A stretch of DNA of 17,277 nt from a virus (lineage: Duplodnaviria; Heunggongvirae; Uroviricota; Caudoviricetes), in IMG/VR virus record IMGVR_UViG_2529292908_000014, positions 1-17,277 of that record; one strand, 5' to 3'. The position numbers and the translations under genes are program-made. The notes beneath the pieces were generated by a model, which saw only the letters and a list, made by a program, of their open reading frames with translations, did not search any database and was not told where the DNA came from. Positions within the stretch are counted from its first letter, which is position 1. Every line of letters begins with the position of its first letter. Below are positions 1 through 7,722 of this stretch, piece by piece.

Positions 1-572
1 CGCTCACTTGCTTTTGGAGAAGCTGATTATATCGTCCGGGTTCACTGGCGAGGATTGCGCTGGTTAACTGCAGAAGGAATGCGCTTTGACATGATGGGTT
101 TTCTGCGCGGGCTGGATTGCGGTAAGAACGGTGAAACCACTGTAATGATAGGCAATTCAGGTAATAAAAAGCCGGAGCTCCCTTTCCGGCACGTCTCATT
201 GCCGTATCACTTCCTCCCGAAAAAGCATTAATCAGTAAAACCCGACTGCTCAGCGAGAATCGTCGAAAAGGACGAGTAGTTCAGGCGGAAACGCTGGAAG
301 CAGCGGGCCATGTGCTATTGCTAACATCATTACCGGAAGATGAATATTCAGCAGAGCAAGTGGCTGATTGTTACCGTCTGCGATGGCAAATTGAACTGGC
401 TTTTAAGCGGCTCAAAAGTTTGCTGCACCTGGATGCTTTGCGTGCAAAGGAACCTGAACTCGCGAAAGCGTGGATATTTGCTAATCTACTCGCCGCATTT
501 TTAATTGACGACATAATCCAGCCATCGCTGGATTTCCCCCCCAGAAGTGCCGGATCCGAAAAGAAGAACTAA
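1..572 (+). pseudogene. IS4-family (IS186-like) DDE transposase, C-terminal ~190 codons; 5' end outside window; reading frame broken (frame 1 open 1-228, frame 3 open 168-572)
   Basis: Two overlapping stop-free frames both read as transposase (frame 1 ...GEADYIVRVHWRGLRWLTAEGMRFDMMGFLRGL...GNSGNKK; frame 3 ...RVVQAETLEAAGHVLLLTSLPEDEY...YRLRWQIELAFKRLKS...). The switch falls in the A-run aataaaaag at about 163-171. Either a true -1 frameshift or a homopolymer sequencing error. Confidence 0.6.
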
Positions 573-743
573 CTCGTTGTGGAGAATAACAAAAATGGTC
601 ATCTGGAGCTTACAGGTGGCCATTCGTGGGACAGTATCCCTGACAGCCTACAAAACGCAATTGAAGAACGCGAGGCATCGTCTTAACGAGGCACCGAGGC
701 GTCGCATTCTTCAGATGGTTCAACCCTTAAGTTAGCGCTTATG
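1..743 (+). mobile_element. 3' portion of an IS186-like (IS4-family) insertion sequence; continues beyond the left window edge; right terminal inverted repeat ends at about 743
   Basis: Transposase-like reading frames with the IS4-family Y(2)R(3)E(6)K signature (YRLRWQIELAFKRLK, about nt 380-425). Terminal 23 nt caacccttaagttagcgcttatg (721-743) matches my recollection of the IS186 inverted repeat (CATAAGCGCTAACTTAAGGGTTG on the other strand). GC-rich flank ggtcggtggccacgg fits IS186 target preference. Identification is from memory, not a search. Confidence 0.65.
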
Positions 744-1563
744 GGTCGGTGGCCACGGCTTTCATGTTATGAATGCCTGTCTGACCACCACCTGCATTAC
801 CGCTGCCCTGCCCGGATAATGTGCGCACGCTGCCGTCCTCGTTCCAGATGTCCAGTGGCACCACGGCTACCTGTTTCTTGCTGTCTGCGCGGCGGGCGTG
901 GCTCTGAGCCAGTACTGTCAGTTCGGAGAAACAGCCGTTAATGGACCTGGTATCGTCCAGCTCCATCACGTTGTTCCCGGTACCGTCCAGCTTCAGAATC
1001 AGCGTGTCCACCGGCGTGGTGGTGTAGTCAGGGCCACCCACAACCAGCGTACCGTCAGGCTCAAACCACGGCCATAAGCCGCGACCGGCGGCAGCTTTAG
1101 CCAGTGCATCCCACGCACGCATCCCCGGCTCTATAACGACCTTGTCATTACGTGACACACCAGACGCCTGAATACGGATGCGCTGTATCCCCAGCGGTCT
1201 GACTATCCTGTCGATGACCTCGTCCAGTGTCAGCTGATTGGCGCTGAACACCGGCGCGGCACAGTCCACCAGAATGGCGGCATCATCACGCCCGGACAGG
1301 GTCAGCGCGCAGCTCTGACGGGATACACTGCGGCGCACGCTGTCCACGCGACCACTAAGGACCGTCTCATCTCCCACCTGCAAACGGACTGGCACACCCC
1401 GGACGATATCCGCCGGGAACACCTTTTCAGGCAGTCCCAGCTGAAGCTGCCACCCGTCGGCTGCTTTCAGGAAATCGCTGTCAATACGATAACTGCTCCA
1501 GTCAGAATGCGATCTTCCGGCAATGACCAGGCTGATTTTGTCGTCGTTATTTTGCATAGGCAT
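739..1563 (-). CDS. Baseplate hub protein, Mu gp44(P)/P2 gpD-like, 3'-truncated (274 codons; intact homologues are ~380 aa in my recollection); stop codon lies inside the IS terminal repeat
   Basis: ATG at 1563 (alternative ATG at 1557). Protein has the character of the tail late-control-D/baseplate-hub family (…LTLSGRDDAAILVDCAAP…). Last codon and TAA (739-741) fall within the IS repeat ending at 743. Position directly after the gp43-like gene. Confidence 0.55.
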   Translation of the reverse strand: MPMQNNDDKISLVIAGRSHSDWSSYRIDSDFLKAADGWQLQLGLPEKVFPADIVRGVPVRLQVGDETVLSGRVDSVRRSVSRQSCALTLSGRDDAAILVDCAAPVFSANQLTLDEVIDRIVRPLGIQRIRIQASGVSRNDKVVIEPGMRAWDALAKAAAGRGLWPWFEPDGTLVVGGPDYTTTPVDTLILKLDGTGNNVMELDDTRSINGCFSELTVLAQSHARRADSKKQVAVVPLDIWNEDGSVRTLSGQGSGNAGGGQTGIHNMKAVATDP

Positions 1564-2896
1564 TAATCACCATCCCGGCGGTTATGTTGTTCGGGTCACG
1601 CAGCTGCGGGTTCAGACGTTGCAGCTCTGCCGCACGGCTGTAATCACCGTACCACTGCCACGCCAGCAACAGCAGGCAACCGTCCGCCTGCACCTGTTTC
1701 TGCGTCAGCGGTGGGCGGCGTGACAGAGTCAGCAGGCCGACATCCTGCACGGATGCCGCCACGTTCTTCATGCTCTGAATGATTTCCGGGTACATCAGCC
1801 CCAGCGGTGATGCGGTTTCGGTTATCCGTTCGCGTTCGCCTTCATAGCGTTCACGGAACAGCGTGATGGCTGCCTGTAAGCGGGTGCGCACATCCCCGAC
1901 CAGTCGCCCGATATCCGCCGGTATAAGCTGCTCTGACTGGGCCTCATCTGACAGTATCGCCGTCGCCACGCTGGCCAGCTCTGAGGCTGCCAGAACCGCA
2001 TAAGCCGCTTTCACGTCGTGCACGTCTTCCACGGACGCATCCGGCGGAAGTGCCACAGACGGCGTTTTATCACCGCTGACCAGTGCGACCGGCAGCGCGA
2101 CCAGCTCATCCATATCTGCCATCACCTCATTCCAGCAGGTCATCACTGTCGCAGAACTGGCGACGTTGTCTTCCCCGGTCAGTCCGGTCGTGGTGGCGGA
2201 ATCACTACGCGCCAGAACCGGCACCGCGTGCCCGACATCTGACGTGTGGATTTCCAGCACCTCTGCCAGCCCGCCGATAAACTTTCCGGGTTCGCTGGTC
2301 AGTGACACAACATTTTCGACTGTGGAGAATGAATCACTTTTGAACGTCAGCAGGGTATTTACCAGCGTGGCACGCACTGCCTGGATTTTTTTAATCACGC
2401 TGTTAATGGTCTTTAAAGGGGGCGTAACAGCGTCAAAAAATTCGCTTAACTGTGCCAGTAACTTATCCAGTTCTTCAAATAACTGCTGTGCAAACAGCTC
2501 TGGTAACGGGGTGCAGAACAACGCACTGCCGGTGCGGCTCTCCAGAAAGCTCATGTCGATGGTGCAGCTGTCCGGGCTTTCTGCGTCATGGCGAATGCTG
2601 TAGCCGGTCACAATCACCGACGGTACGGAGCCGTAAACCGGGTGAATCAGCTCACCATCGCCGCCTTCGTCCAGGGCAGCGATCAGCTTTTCAAGTTTAT
2701 ATTCGTAATACTCCCCCCACAGGAACGCCGTCATGCGGAACGGTCGCGCCTTGCGTCCGAGGTCGTGCAAATCTGCCCCGTCAACAAACGGGTATTCATA
2801 GACCGCATGGTCGCGGCTGATTTGTTCATCCGTGTTCAGTACATCAAACTGCACGCCACGAAAGGAGGCGTTTTGCAGGTTTTCAGCCCAGCCCAT
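1547..2896 (-). CDS. DNA circulation protein, Mu gp43 (N)-like tail protein
   Basis: 449-aa ORF; N-terminus MGWAENLQNASFRGVQFDV...YEYPFVDGADLHDLGRKARPFRMTAFLWGEYYE resembles the DNA_circ_N family as I recall it. ATG at 2894-2896 overlaps the upstream TGA (TGATG coupling). Sits between the tape-measure ORF and the baseplate hub as in Mu. Confidence 0.7.
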   Translation of the reverse strand: MGWAENLQNASFRGVQFDVLNTDEQISRDHAVYEYPFVDGADLHDLGRKARPFRMTAFLWGEYYEYKLEKLIAALDEGGDGELIHPVYGSVPSVIVTGYSIRHDAESPDSCTIDMSFLESRTGSALFCTPLPELFAQQLFEELDKLLAQLSEFFDAVTPPLKTINSVIKKIQAVRATLVNTLLTFKSDSFSTVENVVSLTSEPGKFIGGLAEVLEIHTSDVGHAVPVLARSDSATTTGLTGEDNVASSATVMTCWNEVMADMDELVALPVALVSGDKTPSVALPPDASVEDVHDVKAAYAVLAASELASVATAILSDEAQSEQLIPADIGRLVGDVRTRLQAAITLFRERYEGERERITETASPLGLMYPEIIQSMKNVAASVQDVGLLTLSRRPPLTQKQVQADGCLLLLAWQWYGDYSRAAELQRLNPQLRDPNNITAGMVINAYAK

Positions 2897-5352
2897 CAGT
2901 AAGTTCCTCCCGTGCCTCTGTTACCGTCCTGAAGGTTGTATTTGTTCACTGCTTCCGCCACAATCTGACCATCGAGCACCAGTTGTGTGGTGAAATTAAT
3001 GGGGCTGGCAGGTGGCCCCCAGTGCGTGAGGTATCCCGGCTGGGTGATGCGTCCGGGTTGCGTTGATACTGATTCAGGCGTTGTGTTTCCGGCGGCTTTG
3101 TTGACCTGCGCCGGTGATGGCAGGGCATCAGCTGCGGCTTTTTTCCTGTCTTCCTCCCAGCGCCTCAACCACTCTTCGTTTTCGGTGGAGTAGCCTTCCC
3201 CAAACTGCCACCACGGCTGGTATTTTTTGCGGGCAGCATCGATGATTTCCTGGGGATATCGGGCGCGGATGCGCTTCCAGCGTTCCTCGCTTCCTTCGAC
3301 GGCGGCGTCTTCTTCCGGGCTGGTTGCGGTGGCCAGTGCCGTAACGGTGCCACCGAAAGAAAGCAGGCTACCGGCAATGCCGGGGAATTTAAATCCTTTG
3401 CCTTTTTTGACCGTGTTTTCAATTACATCACCGACAACCTCGCCAGCCTTGCCACCGGTTTTACCCCCGGTCAGGATTTTGATCCCGGCCCATGTCAGAG
3501 CCGCTGCGGTCATCGCTTCAATGGCGGTCGTGGCACCCACCACTGCCGTGGTCAGTCCCGGAAACTTTTCACCCGCCCAGCTTATGGCATCGGCCACAGT
3601 ACCGGACGCATCAGCCAGCTTTTTCATGCTGTCCATTTGTGAAAATTCAAGCGTGTTTTTGGCCTGTTCGGTTTTAAAGTCATTGAGGCCGGATATGAAT
3701 TTAAAATCCACATCACCCGCGCGCTGACCTTCCGGCAGGGTGCGCTGCTGATTAATCGCGTCTTCAACCTTTTTCCGGTATTCAGGGTTGTTACGGTAAG
3801 CCAGCAACGCTTTTAACGCCTGTTGGTCTGCAACCAGTTTCCCGACACCAAAGCCTTCAAGGAGTTTTGCCATCGAATCATAAACAGCTGTCTGCTCGCC
3901 TTTATCCCGGGCGGAGGCCAGTTTCTTTTGCAACTCCTGAAAGCGTTTATCGCTGGCAGCGATTTTGTCTATCAGACTGGACAGCGCATCTATCGGATCA
4001 AGCCCATGTTCGCGCGCCTGAACCAGCGTGCCGGAAAAATCAATTCCTTTACCGTTGTAATCAATGCTCTTTGCCGCTGTTTCAATATCGTGGCTGGTCA
4101 GTTTAGCCAGCAGGTTAAACACGTTATTTCCGGCCTCATCACTGCTTCCCGCCGTGATGGCGGCAGCTTCATTCAGCGCCAGAATCTTGACAAAATCATC
4201 CTTGCCTCTCATCCCCGCAGCTGACGCTGACCCCAGTTGCGAAGATAACCAGCGGGCCATGTCGCTCAGTTCAAAGCTACCTTCTTTGCCCGCTGCAATT
4301 GCCATATTCAGAACGGTGGAAATATCTTCATCCCTGAATCCAAAGGTCTTTTTACCCTTAAGCATCACATTAGCCAGGTCTGTCGCTGATGCACCGGAAG
4401 CCGTGGCGTATTTCATCAGTTCAGGCAGCCACTTACTGGCTGTTTCAAATGAAATACCGCCATCTTTCAGCAGGGCATCCAGCGTTTCGGCGGCGTCTTC
4501 TTTCGTGCCGCCACCCCAGGTCACCGCGTTACGGATGCTGTTTTTCATCTGCTCAAGACCAGCCCTGCGCCCCTCCAGCCCGCTATCACTGAAGGCGGTA
4601 TTGGCCATCATTGCCAGCTGGCGTTCGTAGCTCATCTGCTTTTTGACCGGCTGCGCCATAATGGCAGCACCTGCTGCGATACCAGCGCCTGTTGTCACGG
4701 CATTCCCGCCAAATGCAGCCGCACGGGCAAAACGCCCCGGTTCGGGGATAACCAGGTCAGGACGGTACGGGCCGTGGCGCAGACCACGCAGTTTTTTACC
4801 ACTACCGGCAACGGTCACCTTGATATTGTTGGCCGTGACGATGGTCCCCATACGCCAGACGCGACCCTGCCCGCACACTTCCGGGAAATCGTTTTTTAAA
4901 CGGGGGTTAAACTCCAGTTCAGCCTTGATGGCTTCCAGCATCGGATAAGCCTGGTCGATACTGTCCATAATGATGACCGGGTAATGCTTAATGGCCCGGA
5001 TAATGGTCCACAGGGTAAACAGCTGAGTCACCAGCGTGGATTTTGCTTCACCACGGGGCGCGGCGATGGCGTCGTTCTCCGGGTCCGGGCTTGCCACAAC
5101 CTGTGGCAGACGGCTGAACAGGTATTTATGCAGCTCACTTTTTGCCGGGTTGCGGACGTAGTGCGGGAAATAATTTTCGACAAAATAATCGTAGCCCGTC
5201 ACCGGGTCGCAGACTGCCGCCCGGCGGGCCTGTGTGGCCTGCGGGTTAACATCGAACCCCAGACATTCAGCCTCGATGGTCTGGCGGAGGTTGGCGATGT
5301 ACTCCTGCAGGCTTCTCTGAAACTCTTTAATGGAAAGTTTACGTTTTGCCAC
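2896..5352 (-). CDS. Chimeric ORF: large terminase N-terminal ATPase fragment (about 220 codons, nt 5352->4747) fused in frame to a tail tape-measure protein (about 615 codons, nt 4746->2899); probable deletion product
   Basis: N-terminal part has a deviant Walker A (AAPRGEAKST), Walker-B-like VIIMDSID and the terminase motif LRGLRHGPYRPDLVI, but the expected DDxE and nuclease domain are missing. From PEPGRFARAAAFGG onward the sequence is tape-measure-like (GSFELSDMARWL, Gly/Ala-rich hydrophobic stretch …LTGGKTGGKAGEVVGDVIENT…). The six-frame track gives 2896..5409 from a TTG; GTG at 5350-5352 directly after the methyltransferase stop is the more plausible start. Confidence 0.6.
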   Translation of the reverse strand: MAKRKLSIKEFQRSLQEYIANLRQTIEAECLGFDVNPQATQARRAAVCDPVTGYDYFVENYFPHYVRNPAKSELHKYLFSRLPQVVASPDPENDAIAAPRGEAKSTLVTQLFTLWTIIRAIKHYPVIIMDSIDQAYPMLEAIKAELEFNPRLKNDFPEVCGQGRVWRMGTIVTANNIKVTVAGSGKKLRGLRHGPYRPDLVIPEPGRFARAAAFGGNAVTTGAGIAAGAAIMAQPVKKQMSYERQLAMMANTAFSDSGLEGRRAGLEQMKNSIRNAVTWGGGTKEDAAETLDALLKDGGISFETASKWLPELMKYATASGASATDLANVMLKGKKTFGFRDEDISTVLNMAIAAGKEGSFELSDMARWLSSQLGSASAAGMRGKDDFVKILALNEAAAITAGSSDEAGNNVFNLLAKLTSHDIETAAKSIDYNGKGIDFSGTLVQAREHGLDPIDALSSLIDKIAASDKRFQELQKKLASARDKGEQTAVYDSMAKLLEGFGVGKLVADQQALKALLAYRNNPEYRKKVEDAINQQRTLPEGQRAGDVDFKFISGLNDFKTEQAKNTLEFSQMDSMKKLADASGTVADAISWAGEKFPGLTTAVVGATTAIEAMTAAALTWAGIKILTGGKTGGKAGEVVGDVIENTVKKGKGFKFPGIAGSLLSFGGTVTALATATSPEEDAAVEGSEERWKRIRARYPQEIIDAARKKYQPWWQFGEGYSTENEEWLRRWEEDRKKAAADALPSPAQVNKAAGNTTPESVSTQPGRITQPGYLTHWGPPASPINFTTQLVLDGQIVAEAVNKYNLQDGNRGTGGTY

Positions 5353-5353
5353 G

Positions 5354-6094
5354 TCACACCTGCACTGCTTCTGTCTGGGCTTTTTCGATACGTGCGCAGG
5401 CGATATCAAAATACTGGTTAGTCATTTCAATGCCGGTAAACCGTCCGCCACGGGCAAGTACAGGGATGGCGGTAGTGCCGCTTCCCATAAACGGATCAAG
5501 GACGTGCGCATCCGGTGTCAGCGGTTTAACCAGCTCAGCCATCAGCTGAACCGGCTTTGCGGTCATGTGCAGTTTTTCGGACGGGACGACACGCTGCGTA
5601 ATCACACCCGGGAACGGGCCACCGTGCGGGCATTTGTCGAGTTTTCCGTTGCTGCCCCAGACCACATACTCGGCCTGATGCCGAAAATAGCCAGTGTGTG
5701 GCGCACGGGAAGCCTGCGTTTTATCCCAGACAACCAGACCACGCCACAGCACACCACCGGCCTGAAATGCATCTGTAAGCGCCGGTAGTTGTCGCCAGTC
5801 ACTGAACACCATGAAATAACCGCCGGAATTCAGCCTGTGCAATGCATGAGATATCCACATGGAACACCAGAACGCCCAGCTGCGCTGGTCGCGGTTATCG
5901 CCGGTGAACTCGGCATACTGGGTGTGACCGATATACTTGTCCGAAGGGGCCATGCTGCGGTCTGATTTGTGTGTACCACCACTGCTGTAAGGCGGGTCGG
6001 TAATGACGGCATCAAAACGTTCGGATAACGCCGGCAGCACATCAAGAACATCACCGCAATACAACGTTGCGTTACCAATAATCTGTTTTTGCAT
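5354..6094 (-). CDS. DNA methyltransferase, beta-class amino-methyltransferase (N6-adenine or N4-cytosine), no restriction partner in the window
   Basis: 246-aa ORF from ATG at 6094. Motif IV DPPY near the N-terminus (…DAVITDPPYSSGG…) and motif I FxGxG near the C-terminus (…LDPFMGSGTTAIPV…), the permuted order typical of this class. Confidence 0.85.
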   Translation of the reverse strand: MQKQIIGNATLYCGDVLDVLPALSERFDAVITDPPYSSGGTHKSDRSMAPSDKYIGHTQYAEFTGDNRDQRSWAFWCSMWISHALHRLNSGGYFMVFSDWRQLPALTDAFQAGGVLWRGLVVWDKTQASRAPHTGYFRHQAEYVVWGSNGKLDKCPHGGPFPGVITQRVVPSEKLHMTAKPVQLMAELVKPLTPDAHVLDPFMGSGTTAIPVLARGGRFTGIEMTNQYFDIACARIEKAQTEAVQV

Positions 6095-6140
6095 TACAAA
6101 TCCCGAATATCAGACGACCCGGAAAACCGGGCCGCTGTGG

Positions 6141-6641
6141 TTAACTGAAATTATCCTCAAGCTCTTTAGCGAAGCCTTCGAGCACCTCAAGAAACGGGGC
6201 ATACTGCGTCGGGTGACGCTCCTTGATGAACGCGCCGAGCCGCTGCACCACTTCCAGTGCCGTGGCGAGCCGGTCGGTTTCCGGCAGGATTTTTTTACTG
6301 CTGGCCACCGCCTTACTGAGACTGTCGGACAGACTCGCCAGCAGTTCGACGGACTCCTGCGGCGGGATGTCCGGGTTCTGGTTCAGCCGTTCAAGCGTCG
6401 TCTGACACTTCACCACCAGACTGATAAGCACGGTGCGGGCGACACTTTCCAGCCCGTCACCGGCGAGCGCGTGCGCGGCCCGCAGCTTGTCCCAGTCGTC
6501 GCCGTTCTTCATCGCCTGCGTTTTCCAGCGCCGCGCGGTGTCGTGCGGCACGGCGTACTTCATGGCGACGATATCCAGCGGAAGCTGGTCAAAGATGTAC
6601 CCGTTACGGACTTTGTCCCTGATATCCTGTGACCACGCCAT
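6141..6641 (-). CDS. Putative small terminase / DNA-binding packaging protein (Mu gp27-like)
   Basis: 166-aa ORF, ATG at 6641 overlapping the upstream TAA (TAATG). Predicted helix-rich N-terminus (…IRDKVRNGYIFDQLPLDIVAMKYAVPHDTARRWKTQA…). Located just upstream of the terminase-like ORF. Functional call rests on position and recall. Confidence 0.45.
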   Translation of the reverse strand: MAWSQDIRDKVRNGYIFDQLPLDIVAMKYAVPHDTARRWKTQAMKNGDDWDKLRAAHALAGDGLESVARTVLISLVVKCQTTLERLNQNPDIPPQESVELLASLSDSLSKAVASSKKILPETDRLATALEVVQRLGAFIKERHPTQYAPFLEVLEGFAKELEDNFS

Positions 6642-6847
6642 TAAGTGTCCTTCTGAGCCTGTTCAATCCTGCGCTGAACTTCGTCGGGATTTTCAAGAAC
6701 AAATACGTTTTTCCCGGTATCCAGTTCAATGACCGTGCCATCATGTGTACCGTACTGACGGTAAAAATGGGTGATTCGTTCAGCGAGCACCATGACAGCG
6801 CCAGCACCTCCTGAACCTGTGTATTCTGTAAATCTGATAATGCTCAC
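6641..6847 (-). CDS. Small hypothetical protein (68 codons from GTG at 6847; 50 codons from ATG at 6793)
   Basis: Open frame between the lipoprotein ORF and the gp27-like gene; stop overlaps the next start; no recognisable motif. Confidence 0.3.
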   Translation of the reverse strand: MSIIRFTEYTGSGGAGAVMVLAERITHFYRQYGTHDGTVIELDTGKNVFVLENPDEVQRRIEQAQKDT

Positions 6848-6867
6848 TGTGTCAGACCTTCAAAAAA

Positions 6868-7050
6868 TCAGTTCTGCGAACACTGCCGGATACCGTCAAT
6901 AATCCGGCAGACCTGCGCCGCCGCGTCAAACAGCTGGCCCGCTCTGTTAATGTCTGAGCATCCCACCGGAAGCAACATCATCAGAAACAGGGCCAGAACA
7001 CAGCGCGCGGCTTTACGTGGCGTTCTGTGGGGCCAGCGACTTCTGTTCAT
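6868..7050 (-). CDS. Small putative lipoprotein (possible o-spanin-like lysis accessory protein)
   Basis: 60-aa ORF, ATG at 7050, 13 nt after the endolysin stop. Basic N-region, hydrophobic core LALFLMMLLPV, then Cys (…LPVGC…), resembling a lipoprotein signal; short Cys-containing mature part. No transmembrane i-spanin partner found. Confidence 0.35.
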   Translation of the reverse strand: MNRSRWPHRTPRKAARCVLALFLMMLLPVGCSDINRAGQLFDAAAQVCRIIDGIRQCSQN

Positions 7051-7063
7051 AACCCGTCCCGCA

Positions 7064-7441
7064 TCAGCGTTTTAACTGGAAATGAGGCCCGTCTTTCAGC
7101 GTTTTCCAGTCTCCGCCCCATTCGATGGCGACACCCAGCTCTGCGGCAGCCTGTTTAAAGGCACGGGCGATTTTTTCGTATAACGGCCAGTCCCATGAAA
7201 TAGTGCTACCAACGTAAGCCACGACATCAACGGCATCGCCAGTAAGGTGACGGCTGTTCATGGTCTGGCTCTTGCCTTCAGCGACAAGTTGTTTCTGACG
7301 TTCTTTCGTGCGTAAACCTTCGGTAATACCAAAATCGACGTCCGACAACGCCAGCGCACGGCGTACAACTGCCACCAGTTGTGGCTTTACGTCAGCCAGA
7401 TTTTTCTCGCTACGTTGACTGAAACGGAATTTTCCCGACAT
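7064..7441 (-). CDS. Endolysin, zinc metallopeptidase M15 family (L-alanyl-D-glutamate peptidase-like)
   Basis: ATG at 7439-7441 preceded by GGAGGTG; 126 codons. Zn-ligand pattern H-x3-D (…SRHLTGDAVDV…) and a distal His (…DGPHFQL…). No signal peptide, so holin-dependent. The six-frame ORF extends to 7684, but the internal ATG with a Shine-Dalgarno sequence fits the gene boundary. Confidence 0.8.
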   Translation of the reverse strand: MSGKFRFSQRSEKNLADVKPQLVAVVRRALALSDVDFGITEGLRTKERQKQLVAEGKSQTMNSRHLTGDAVDVVAYVGSTISWDWPLYEKIARAFKQAAAELGVAIEWGGDWKTLKDGPHFQLKR

Positions 7442-7443
7442 AT

Positions 7444-7722
7444 TCACCTCCGCAATAACGAAAGGATTTTTGACAAATTCCCGTGCGCCCACACGATAAG
7501 CGCACAGAAAACCAGATTCAGCGCCACAACCAGCCAGCTGGATTGCGTGTATGTACCGGACAGCCAGCGGAACGGGATGATGACGTAGCCGAGCATCAGC
7601 CAGTACGCCAGCCAGGTAATCATCGGTTTGTGCGCCGCACCGTGGCGGCGATACACAAACAACCCCAGAACAATGGTGAGACACAGCCAGACGTTCACGA
7701 TACCGGCAAGGCTACTTTCCAT
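7444..7722 (-). CDS. Small membrane protein, three predicted transmembrane segments (holin or antiholin candidate)
   Basis: ATG at 7720-7722 preceded by GGAGGGGG; about 92 codons; hydrophobic segments SLAGIVNVWLCLTIVLGLFVY, MITWLAYWLMLGYVIIPF, WLVVALNLVFCALIVWA; ends 2 nt before the endolysin start. Confidence 0.5.
   Translation of the reverse strand: MESSLAGIVNVWLCLTIVLGLFVYRRHGAAHKPMITWLAYWLMLGYVIIPFRWLSGTYTQSSWLVVALNLVFCALIVWAHGNLSKILSLLRR

Noticed and set aside
2896-5409. Reading the 837-codon ORF as one natural full-length tape-measure protein starting at the TTG at 5409
   Set aside because: The first ~220 codons carry terminase ATPase motifs rather than tape-measure features, and the TTG start overlaps the methyltransferase by 56 nt; a GTG at 5352 and a fusion interpretation fit better.
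2946-5421. Many plus- and minus-strand ORFs of 60-190 codons nested inside the 2.5 kb chimeric ORF (for example 3227-3727 +, 4064-4630 +, 4984-5421 +, 3165-3422 -)
   Set aside because: They sit out of frame or antisense within a long gene with recognisable terminase and tape-measure motifs; low-complexity translations typical of shadow ORFs.
6095-6140. Short hairpin GACCCGGAAAACCGGGCC between the gp27-like gene and the methyltransferase
   Set aside because: Only a 5-6 bp stem with no T-tract; too weak to call as a terminator or regulatory site.
5330-6632. Plus-strand ORFs 5330-5788 and 6003-6632 overlapping the methyltransferase and gp27-like genes
   Set aside because: Antisense to well-supported minus-strand genes; no start or Shine-Dalgarno context; Arg/Cys-rich translations typical of antisense frames.
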